From NCBI GenBank assembly GCA_040285855.1, contig JAUFOQ010000002.1, forward strand, positions 1,364,001-1,428,000: 64,000 nucleotides of DNA. The letters run 5' to 3'. The first letter of the stretch is position 1; each line of letters starts with the position of its first letter. Positions 48,665 through 59,929 of the stretch are shown piece after piece. Below the pieces are notes generated by a model, which saw nothing but the letters and a program-made list of their open reading frames with translations, searched no databases and was not told the DNA's origin. This DNA is from Eukaryota sp. GEM-RC1. Lineage: Eukaryota. The position numbers and the translations under genes were made by a program.

Positions 48665-51600
48665 ATGGCATCTTCCCGAAAGCGCCGTAAAGATCCTACC
48701 ACATCAGCTAAACGACGCAACACGAGTCAGCGAACGTCCATTTCTTCCCCCGGTGCTCTATCTGACTGTGATACAGTAGGCAAAAAAATCACCTAAGTAC
48801 AAACAGATCCCCGACTTCTTTCCTGTTCGATCTCCTACTCGATCCATAACAGATGGTACTGGTGTAGTAAGTCCCGGTGCCCAACAAGTTCTTCGTGAGA
48901 TCTCCCTGTCTAGTTTTCGATCTCCTCCTGATGCTAATGCTCATTCTCTTGGTCTTCCTTCTTTAACTCATGTTTCACCATCTCTCCAACCTAAAATTAT
49001 ACTTTCCCTAGATGAAGCTGACGCTGAGTATCCTTCCTTTGACTCTTCAGTCTCCTCCATAATCAATACTCTTTTCCCGAGCCAGATTCATTCTCATCTT
49101 CACAAATACTTCTCCAATCGATCAATCCGTGATCTCTTTCAACCTCAATACGATTCAATTGCCGCTCATAGCCGATATGGCTCTGTAATCTCTGGATGTT
49201 CTTTGATTCTGGAAGCCCCAACTTCTGCCGGCAAAAGTCTAGTCGCTTATCTCTTAATTCTTCGTCATTTCTCCCTCCAACTCTATGACAACTCCCACTC
49301 CCCCCCTTGCTCAAGGCAACAAGGTTCTCTTCATGGTCCCATTCATTGCACTTGCTGACCAACACGTGCGCAACCTCAAACCCTTAATAGAACCTCTTGG
49401 AATCAAGGTGTTCTCTCTACACAGAGCAGCCAAGACTAGTCGTCATATCTCTAAGACCAGTCCCCAGATCATCATTTGTACCCAGGAACTCGGTAATACT
49501 CTGGTAAACAAGTGGTTGTTGGAGGAGGGGTTGGACTCTTTAGCCATGGTTGTTGTAGATGAAGTTCATGCTATCTATCAACGAAGAGGGCAGTTCATTG
49601 AGATGGTTTTGAGTAAGGTTGTTTATGTTAATAGAAGGAGGAGGGGACGTGGGATTCAAGTGATTGGATTGTCTGCTACATTGAATCAAGGGAATTTGTT
49701 GGCTTCTTGGACTAGAGCTGCTCTTGTTCAATCAGATTTTAGACCGATTCCAGTCACTTTTGATTGTGTTTCGAAGAGTGATTTGATGTCCGTTGTTCAA
49801 CGGCATTTTGATAGTGGGGAGAAGATCTTGTTCTTTGTTTCCGAAAAGAATTGATTGCGAAGGTGACGTTTCTTTGATTAGTAAGATGGCAAGTGATTAT
49901 GAAGGGAATTTAACAGTTTCTGAAGGGGACAAACTCTCTTCTCCAACTAAAATTTTGAAAATTTTAGAAGATACTTCTCTTTTAACTAGAAATTTAAAAA
50001 CCTACATTTCCAAAGGTCTAGGCTATCACCACGCCCTATTATCTGAAGATCTGAAACAAATAATGGAAAAAGCCTTCTCAGATGGAGGCCTACGTTTACT
50101 TGTATGTACTTCCACTCTAGCAACTGGAGTCAACCTCCCCGCTGACTGTGTCTTCATCACAATCTCGAAGAATCTCTCTGCAAATGATGTTAAACAAATG
50201 TCTGGTAGATGTGGGAGGTATGGCTTGTCTGAAAAGGGCTTTGTGTATGGTGTGTCAACCTCAAAACCTGACTCTAAAGGGTATAAGAAAGATGTTGGCT
50301 TTTTTTAACGAATGTATTAGTAATCGTGAAGTAAAGATCGAGAGTCAACTGAATTCTGTTGACAATGTCGGTCAGCTGATTCTTGATGGGATCTGTAGTG
50401 GGTTGACTGAATCGCCTAAGAACGTGTCTGATTTATTAGAGTCCACTTTATATAGACGATTGATTTCTGATGATGATTTTGCTGAGATATCTTCTAAAAG
50501 TGTTGATTATTTGGAACGGAATAGTTTCCTCTCCATCAAATCATCAAGTGATGACATGAGCTCTACTTCTAATCAATCAGCTGGATCGTTTTACCCTTCG
50601 AAAAAGGTGTTGCGACACACAAAGTCGGTGTGTCGGCGTCTGAAGCCCATGCTCTTCGATTCATCTTAGATGAACATATTTTAAAAGGCTTTTCACTTTT
50701 GTCAGACTTCCATGTATTAACACTAATAGTGCCAGATTACTGGGTTTTCAAGAGAATTCCGCTGAAAAGCGTTCTTAATGATCACATCATCTCCTTCCTC
50801 TTCTCTTCTAGAGATGTACAATTCACCTCTTCAGTCAAATGCAAAAGTCTTCATCGATTTGTTTCTTACATTGACCAATGGGAGTCCGGTGGTCCTCTTT
50901 TGTTTGAGACTGAGAAGTTCAATAGAGACAGTGAGTCACCAGAGGTTGTTAAGAGATTGGAGTCATTGAAATGTTTGAGGAATTTCTGTGTTTTGTTTAA
51001 TTCCTTAGTTGGGAGTTTGCTTATTGAGGGAAATTCAAATGAAGAAATAATTACATATTTAAATATTGATCTACAAGAGCAGATTAATACATTTGATCGT
51101 CTCAAAACTTTGGAATATTTGATTTTCACTGGTGACGTGGAAGACTTCCATAGAATACTTGTTAGGCGTGCTAAGATGATGATCCAATTCTCTCAGGGAA
51201 ATGACTATCTAGTGTCAGTTTTAAAAGTTTTATTTCCAAAAATTCAATATTCAGCTCCCGCTCATTTGCTACCCCTCGTACGTCTTGAGCACTGTAAACC
51301 CCGACACGCCAAGGTTTTGTTCAACGCGGGGATTACGACGCCGTCTATTTTGTCTCAGTGTAAGCCATCAGATTTGATTAGTCTGTTTAGGCAGGTTGAT
51401 TTCTTCTCAGAGATTGATTCGGAGGATGACGTTATGCGATTCTGTCGTGCTTTGATTGAGGATGCCACTCAGTTGATCTCTATTGGTTCATCCGATCAAA
51501 ATGATGTCGATAGATTGATTGAAGGTGAACAATCAAACCAATCATTACCAGGGGTCCATTACTACCACGTTTCTGAGTGGAGAAAGTTTCTAACTGTCTG

Positions 51601-53473
51601 GAATTCAACTAAGCTCTATTCTCTTGCTTTTGATTTTCTACGTAATGATTCGATTGATATTGGTATTTCTGTATTATATCCTGATAATTCTGGCGTTTTT
51701 GAATTTCACTGCATTACTTTTAATTTCAGAAATTCTAATTATTCATCGGTTGAGCTAGAGTTCAAACAACAATTTTTAAAAATGTTAGTCAGTGTTGAAC
51801 ATGAAGTGGCCACAGCAAACTTCTTTTCCAAGTTTAAATGTTTCTCAGATATTTCTAAAATTCGAGTACCTAAACCTCCGCTAGTTATTGACTGTTTGCT
51901 GTCAAAGTTGGAAAATGAGGATCTGCATTTGTTTAGGAAAGCGTTGTTGACCACTCACTTTTATGATCTTTCATTGATGGCCGCTTTTGTTCTCAATCAA
52001 GGTCAAAAACGACCAATCACCGATCTACACTCATTAATCCTCTCACGTCATATGCTACCTCTCGAGAAACATTTGTTTTCCTATTCCAACGTTCCTTCTG
52101 TAGCTAGAACTTCTAGTTTGATTTTAGCATTGTTTAATGATCTTTCACTTGAAATTTCTAAACTTGAAATGATGTCAGCATGTAAATTGGATGTGAAAAC
52201 AGCAGGTGTTCTGTCGTTGAGATCGTTTCTGACTGTTGACGTGACCAAGTTGCACGATCTCAATCTATCAACTCATCAGCTTTACGAGCTCCTTTCTAAA
52301 CGATTTTTTGAATTGTCAGGTGGATATTCATGTGAAAATAGTGGATTCAAGAAATTTCTGACCGAAGTCATGAATCAAGGATCAGAAACTCTGCCAAATA
52401 TTGAAAATATTCAGTTTTTGATTGATCGCGTGTCCTCTCAGTCTGATGCTTCTCAATCCAATGTTTTAAAGTCTTTATCTTGTATTCATTCTATTAGGAC
52501 AATCAATGCACTCAAGGAATATTTGTCAAATTTTTCAAATTTTATCACGAATGAAGCTCAGCAATCAAATCATCACAAAGTCTTCTTTTCTTTGATCTAT
52601 AATGAATCACTTACAGGACGAATTCATTCAACTGATCCAAATGTTCAATCAACCCCTAAGAAACGTGTTTTTGACCTTGAGGATCAAAACTACGTTATCA
52701 ATTGTAGGAGTTTTATTGTTGCAGACAACGGTTTTAAACTAGTTTCACTTGATTTCAAACAAATTGAACTGCGTATAATTGCTCATTTGGCCTTTGAAAA
52801 TGCCGTTGATCAGAAGAATTCGGATTTAATGAAGAATTCTCTGGATTTCTTGCGATTCTTTTCAGATCCTAACCAAGATGTGTTTGCTTTAATGTCAGAA
52901 CATTTTTCTAAACTTTCAAATTTTAAAATGTCCTCTAGAGATGATGTCAAACGACTTGTTTACGGTATTATTTATGGCATGGGTTCCAATCGATTGTCGG
53001 AAGTATTGGGCTGTGCAACGATTAAAGAAGCTGAAACTCAAAAATCCATGTTTTTGTCAACTTTCCCTGCTATTTCTGATCTTATTTCATCCACACTTGT
53101 CCTCCTAGAACCAGATTCACAAGGATTTGTTGCTTCGCTGCTCAATAGGCGAGGCTATTTTAGTTCTGTTGATGGTAAACGAAAGGGGTTCAACTTTAGG
53201 ATTCAATCTAGCGCTACTGAAGTTTTTAAGACAGCACTAGTGTTTGTTTCAGAAAAACTGAAGTCCTTAAATGAACGTTTTCATTCTAATGCTTCTGTTC
53301 TCCTACCAATTCATGACGAAATATTACTGCAAATTCCAAGACGTCATTTGGATGAGTTTGTTTCAGAGGTTTCTCTTGCAATGACCAACGTAAAGATGCA
53401 CTTCAATTTAAAAGTAGATTTAGAGGTATCCATTCTAGTAGGAGAATCTTGGGGGAGTTTAAAGGCAAAATAA
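48665..53473 (+). CDS. POLQ: DNA polymerase theta-like (Ski2/HELQ-type helicase plus family A polymerase; several frameshifts)
   Basis: Helicase motifs APTSAGKS, DEVH, GLSAT, TSTLATGVNLPA, QMSGRCGR. Polymerase motifs TGRIHSTDPNVQ, DFKQIELRIIAH, KRLVYGIIYGMG, IHDEIL. Confidence 0.9.
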
Positions 53474-54199
53474 AGATAAAGCTGTGACTATTAGTATTTT
53501 AAGGAGTATACAGTTCAAAAACTTGTCAAATGAAACTACACAAAAGTGATTTTATCGTACAAGTTGGGGTTTCAGTTTTGGCAGAATCAAAAGCAAAAAT
53601 GACTACGCCAATGTTATCGTAATGGTAGCAACGACTACATCATGCTGTTGTAATTTGTCATTGGCTTTGGTATTTGAAAGTTTAATACCTACGAACCTGT
53701 TGTCTCTGCTAACTTTCTTAATTGTAACTTTTTATGTCCAGTTTCGGTCGATATTTCGCTAGACGGCTAGCATTCTCTACTATAATGAGAACCTACCGTC
53801 GAGGAGTTCAACAAGCTAATCGACAAGCCCAACGAACACACACTCAAAGTGAAAAGGGCAAGTCAAAACCAACTTCGAAGCGAGAAATTGAAGGTGGGTA
53901 TTTAAAAGAGTCGAAGAAGTAAACATTAGACCTGTTGGTTTCCTTTAAACATTAATTTCAAAGACAAAACAGTAAATTTCGTTGCAATCTATATTATTAT
54001 TGATCAGTGTTACTAGTCACTCCGAATCAAACTACTTGTATGTACTTGTTTGCTTTGGGAGGGGTCCTTTGTAATTTTCAATCATAGTTCTTCAACTTTT
54101 CATTCTGGACATGTGTTTGTATCAACATAAACCCCCGTCAGACACTGGGAGTACAGTACTTGCTTAAAAAACAATTCGGTCATTGAACATTTTTGGAGA

Positions 54200-54860
54200 G
54201 GAAATTTGATCATTGATCTGGTTTTCTTCGATCTTGAGGATGCAAAAGATGTTCTTGAGGTACAATATTTCATGTATGAAAACAGATCAGGATTTGATGA
54301 TGAAGGGAAAATTGTTTAAGATATTTGGTCAGATTAAATATGAAGAATGGTTTTGTACATATATTGTTCTGAAAAATCAAGTGGAGAAACTGCATTTTTA
54401 GCATCCTTAAATGCTCTTTTTTCCAAACATCCACAGAAATCACATCAACAGCCGTCAGCTCATCATTGACTGATGGAACGATGATATAAGCTCTTCTTTT
54501 TCCAAAAGTCTTATGAGAATCAGTATTTCTTAAATTATTGATTTCAAGTGATCTCAACAGTGGCTCAACAAAAGATTCGATTTTGTAGGACTTACACATT
54601 GCATGAATTTGATCTGTGGCAGCATCATAAATAAATGCAAGTTCTATATGTAGTGAAACGATTACAACTCAAAAGGTGGGAAAAAGTAAGGAATTTACCA
54701 CACCTACATTCAAGATCAGTAGGTAAATTAGAGCCCCACAAGAAACACCGACATCTAAATGTTGTAATCCATTGATGATCATTTGACAACAATAGATTAA
54801 TCTGTGGAATTTGGTTGATCAAAGCAACTGAAGATGAACATGAAGATTTGCAGAATTTTA
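54200..54860 (-). pseudogene. Decayed RLE-type non-LTR retrotransposon 3' portion
   Basis: CRCGKFLTFSHLLSC knuckle, FVEPLL, FGKRRAYIIVP, AVDVISVDV. Similar to 10900-11841. Confidence 0.7.
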
Positions 54861-54981
54861 ATGTGATTCAGACTAGTTTTACCAGTCATTAATTAGTCTG
54901 AAACAGAGTAGGAATTAATGTTTGTTTGTGGTCTCTTTAATCATTGTGAAGATTGAAGTCTCATTCGTTTAATGTAAATTC

Positions 54982-55565
54982 TAGGAATGATAAATAATTC
55001 AGTTCAAGTGTGTGTGTGAACTGGATCTGAACTGATTGAACCGATCCTTTTGTGGATGATGTTTGAATTAATACAAAAAACAACAATTATCCTAGAACAT
55101 GATTTTATGATACGGTATTAGAGAGGTACAACAATCAAAAATCGTCTTGAGAAAGTATATGTATATCGTGTTCTTCCACACTGTACTTCTTTCTCAAAAT
55201 CTTCCTTAAGCGCAACCCAATAGTGTTGCTTCTTCTGAACGTTTACTTTCACTTGCTGGACTTATTGCCAATAAGAAGAGGGCCAAATTGAGGGAAGAGT
55301 CTGTTCACTTTCTTGCATGTTTGGACTCATGGCTTAAGTCAAACCTAGATTAGGAGAGAACTACATTTTCAAGGTGATACATTAATGTTTTCATTCAATT
55401 TAGTGAAAAAATTGAGTTGTCTTTATTTTAAAAAAAGGATTTATGTGCGGCGAAAAACACACAACAAGAAAACAGTCTTTATTTGATTATATTTATTAAA
55501 CTGAACCACGGTTCAGAGCCGGTTCATACTATTAGTGAACTGAACTGAACCATTTGACATCCCTA
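54982..55565 (+). mobile_element. Degenerate hAT derivative
   Basis: Right end TTTGACATCCCTA, diverged left end TAGGAATGATAAAT, TGAAC subterminal repeats. Dimerisation-domain remnant SSERLLSLAG...CLDSW near 55220-55335. TSD not conserved. Confidence 0.7.
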
Positions 55566-55584
55566 ACATGTACATAACATGTAG

Positions 55585-55741
55585 TAATTTGTTTTCATTT
55601 TGATGACTGTGGTTCTCAACTCAAATGGATACTAGTATTCCCAAAGTACACAACTTTGTTAATTTTCATTTTGATTAGAGTATCGAAACCACAGACACTC
55701 AGTGAGCTAAGCCCACTTCGCTGCGTACTGTTAAGAGTACA
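55585..55741 (-). ncRNA. Candidate Fanzor omegaRNA
   Basis: Directly 3' of the Fanzor stop. Hairpins at 55725-55740 and 55701-55717. A long-range stem 55687-55694/55607-55614 encloses a hairpin at 55642-55658. Confidence 0.55.
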
Positions 55742-58680
55742 CTAAAGTTCTTTACGAGAGACCTTCGTCTGCTGGACTGACTTTACGCTTCTTCTTTTAG
55801 GCGAACTCATTTCTTTTGGTGGATTCTTGCATGACCTTTTGTTATGACCTTCTTGGCCACAATTTCCACATGTATTCTTCTTTCCTGTTGAAGTTTTGTT
55901 CTTTCCGGTCACAGTCTTCTTCTTTCCTGTTGAAGTTTTGTTCTTTCCTGTTGAAGTTTTCTCCTTCTTGGTCGCAGTCTTCTTCTTCTTCTGGTCTCTC
56001 GCCAAAGTATCCTTACCACTCTCGAGATCTGTTGTTTGAGTTTTAGATCTCTCGAGAGCGGATGGCCTACCTTGACCATTGATCGTTGCTTCAATGATGG
56101 AATAGATATTAATGGCAGAATTTAGGTCTCTATTCCAATAAGTACCACACTCAGCATCTGAGCACCTTACCAGTCCCCAGGGTGTGGATTTAGCTTCTTC
56201 TTCCAATGACTTCTGCTTCACCTCCCACTCTGCTTCCAAAAATCCCGTTGGTTTACAGGATCTTGTTTGTTTTTGAGCAAAATTTCTCTTCTTAACTTTT
56301 TTCTTCTTCCTTCTTAGCTGTCTCTTACCTTTTGGACCAAGGACCTTTAGTTCTGAAACATTTTCACATTCTACGAAAGTTGATTTTTCCTTAGCACATT
56401 TGGAACAACACTTGCTTGTTCTGTATTCATCAACAAGAAATATTTGGTATCCATATCTTCTTAACATTTTACGGATTTCCACTCCTCTAACAGTTGAGGT
56501 TTTGCCCTTTCTTGTTTTACCTTTTGAGCTCCAATCCCCATAGCCAATGATGACGTCTTCTGGAGGTCCATATGTTAAATTGAAGCGTTCCAGCATGTTT
56601 TTCTCCGATTGTTGGTTATTTGAATAAATTTGGAATTTCCTCTTTCTAAACCAGTCATCTTCGTAAAAAGAACTCAAATATACGTTATATCGTTCAGCTT
56701 CTTTAATATATGTTCCAAATGTGTCACTGAAACACGACTTTCTTTCCCCATTTGATACAGCATTGGAAAATTGGTTAACGACATCTCTTCCTGTTACAAG
56801 AATATTATCAGGACGAAGAACCAAAAAATCTTTAAGTTGTCTTTCAGTGACAGTTTCATCTGGTGATTCGATAGAAAATTCTTTCAGTTTCTTATTTTCA
56901 GATTTACGATATTTTTTAGATTTTCTATCGTAAGCTCTTTCTCCAGCTGTGTAGTTAAACTTCTTCCATTTGTGCTTAGCCTTTTTCTTTGATTTTACAT
57001 CATTATTCGAATTTTTCCAATCTTGTAATTGTTTCTTTCTTTTCTTAATTCCTCCTCTCTTCTTACTTCTGATTTCTGAGGGTAATCGTTTTTGAGTGGA
57101 TTATTTTCTGAAATATCTTCTTCTTTAAGCTCATCGACTGTCTTTTCAGAAACACAATACATTAAATCATATTCATTAGGATCAATACCTACAATTCTTT
57201 TTTTCCTTCAATTGTAATTCTTGAATATTCTCATTTGATAAAGAGTGAATGTATCTTTCCGAAGTTCCGAGAGATTTAGCAGTAAAATCTTTGAAAGTAT
57301 TTCCATCTTCATCAACCAAATCTTTCCTCATTAAAACCAAACAACAAGAAATTCCATCTGTCAGAATTGAAGAATATCTAAAGACAAATGATTTTGTTGG
57401 TGCCACAGCTTTGTCAGTAAGGACCTGACCAAAAACCTTTTTCCTTATTTCATCTGCTTTTTGCCACGACGTATATGGACAAATCTTTGATTAATCCAAT
57501 CAGTTTCCAAACGAATATGCTGAGGAATCAATGTCTTCGTCATTGGAAAAGGATTGTTTACACTGATTGGTTTTCCATCAACCAAACACAAAGATTGTAT
57601 TGTTCGGTTGATGTATAGAGCATGAGAAATTAACTGCATCGGCTTTACTTTCTGTAAATAGTAAATGTTCTTTTTGAAAACATTGGAAACAAAGAAAATT
57701 TCAAATACGCAAAAACCTCAGTGTTAATTCTTCAAGTGGATAAGGGAAGATCTTGTGATTATTAATGGGAATGTCATCAAAATTTCCATTGATAATCGAA
57801 TCTCTGACTGAATTCAATTTCGAAATCAATTCTTTCTTATCAACTTGATCACTTATTTGTTCAAGTCTTACTTTCTTTCTTGTTACCAGATTAAAGAATC
57901 TGAATACATAATCATGAAAATTTTTGACCATATTGTTGGCATAATTTGTAGAAATTTGTTTGGCAGTGTAATGAAATATGGGAGACATCGACGTAGAATC
58001 AGGAAAAGAAATTTGATTTGTTCCAATTTCAGCAGACAACTGTTGTAGCAGTGGAGAAAAGTTGTTCAAGTAGTGAAATGCAATTTTTTCTTTTTCATTC
58101 ATTTCTAGTCTTGAAGATTTTTGGAAATCGTCAAGCACTGTTTGAGCCTCTGCTCTTGATATTTCTAAATCTGACTGACTTGAAGAACCAGTTGATTTCT
58201 TCACATACATCCGTCTCAATACTTGTTTGATTGAGGTTTGGCTAAGAAATTTTGTAAAATCTGGTAAGACCACTGAAAAATTTTTGAATGTAAATGAATC
58301 AAAATCATGTTCGGACATTAACTCCATTTCACGAAGTTCTTTCTCAAACAAATCATTAAGTCTCGTTCATTTGATTCCAAACGTTCACGTGTTTCAGACT
58401 CAGAAATTTGGAGATTTTCGTACATTAAGTCTTGTTCGTTTGATACTGACAAATCAGAAGGTTGTAGTGTAAACGAATCAAAATCGTGTTCGTACATTAA
58501 GTCTCGTTCATTTGATTCCAAACGTTGTCTTTCAAACTCACAAATAAGGAGATGTTTCAAAAATTAGAACCCCTTACTGTTGCTCTTTGATTGCGGATAA
58601 CACAGTCTTTAATTAAGACAATATTATTCTGATCTTTAATAACTTTCTCCAGTCCCTTTTTCACCACTTTAATTGGATGG
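55742..58680 (-). CDS. Fanzor1 (TnpB-derived RNA-guided RuvC nuclease) domain of the polyprotein
   Basis: Reconstructed motifs NIYYLQK, NPFP...IPQHIRLET, ILTDGISC, RuvC-I IVGIDP (about 57181), FNYT, FRKRKF, IGYGDWS, RuvC-II LVDEYRTSKCC, zinc ligands CSKC...CSDAEC, RuvC-III WNRDLNSAINI. Confidence 0.9.
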
Positions 58681-58769
58681 CGCTCTAGAACATGTTGAGT
58701 TTCTTCATCAAAGAAATATTCATGTAATTCAGTTAGACAGTTAATTCGTTGAAGTAAATCATCAACCAG

Positions 58770-59590
58770 AGTAATTACTTTTACGTTATCAGTCCACAAT
58801 TTGAAGGTTTGTTTGTTGTGTGCGAGTAGGTTAAACTCTTTCTCTATTTCCTTGTTAACGGTTATGCCTGGTACTTTTCGAAATTCTGTGAAGTATGTAG
58901 TTAATTCTAATGACGACAAAATTAAATTCGGTACGTGTTTCCGAAACAATTTTGAACAAACATTTTCCAAACTTCTACCACCTTTGAAGACATAAGTAGA
59001 CTTTGTAACATTTGCCAAGTCTAGAGAAACAAAAGGTCCAAAATTGCAAAGCTTACACCATCTATGAAACCAGTTGGGTACATAGGGTCTGTATGGATTA
59101 TCTAAATGAAAATTGGTCTGAATCTTGAACATTTCACACCGTTTAATCAAAAAAGGAAACAAAAGTTCATCAGTGTTATAACCAATCAACAATCTGGGTT
59201 TTGTTTGGCATAAAACTTGGATAAGTTCCCCAATCATGGCTTCTTCTGAAGCACAAACAATTATTTCGACATTTTCAAATGTATTGTTTATGTTCTTTTA
59301 CTAAAAATAACAGTTGAAGTGAAATTAGCATAGATAAATTTGAGACTGATAAAGATTATTTTGTCTTCTTTATCCAAAGGATTTGCAAACAGTTCTGCTC
59401 TCGATGCTTCAACTTCTTCTTTGATTTTAGGTATATCAGCATCCTCTGGTTCCTCAGAGTCATCTTCAATATCATCAGAGTCGACACTTTTTTTAGGCAA
59501 TACTGTTTTAGTTGATTTGAGAATTCTTGGATTGAGTCGTTTTGCATCAGTAATCATGGTTTTAAAATCAATTAAACAAAATGTTGGGAT
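58770..59590 (-). CDS. Degenerate family-B DNA polymerase 3'-5' exonuclease domain
   Basis: CLIDFKT, DKIIFIS, SEEAMIGELIQVLCQTKPRLLIGYNTDELLFPFLIKRC, VSLDL...RSLENVCSKLF follow PolB exonuclease motif order. Acidic catalytic residues are partly lost. Confidence 0.7.
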
Positions 59591-59854
59591 TTCTTCTGTT
59601 TCTGTTAATTCTGATAGATTCGATTTCTTAAATGGAGGAGTAATTCCACTTTTTTGAGGTTTATGAAGTTCTTTTGTAGATGATGAGACTAAGGTGTCTA
59701 CAGAAACAACTTCTTTTACAGGTTCGGTGTGTTGTAGACTTTCTTCCATGATAAGTATGTCTTTTTGCATTGACGGTGGATATAAGGAAATAGATGCTTG
59801 TAATTTTGGTGGTAGCTCTGTTAACCTAATAGACGATTCTTTGGACATTCGCTG

Positions 59855-59914
59855 TTCTTCTTCTTCTTCTTCTTCTTCTTCTTCTTCTTCTTCTTCTTCT
59901 TCTTCTTCTTCTTC
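59855..59914. repeat. (TTC)20 microsatellite encoding a poly-Glu linker
   Basis: Perfect trinucleotide run, read as E20 on the minus strand. Confidence 0.95.
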
Positions 59915-59929
59915 TGGTGGATTAAGTGA

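Noticed and set aside
53734..53922. 62-aa basic ORF
   Set aside because: It is too short and has no recognisable motif, so it cannot be supported.
55742..56824. Bacterial IS200/IS605 or IS607 TnpB, or Cas12, from contamination
   Set aside because: It has the long Fanzor1-type N-terminal region, no TnpA, and eukaryotic genes and hAT elements on the same contig.
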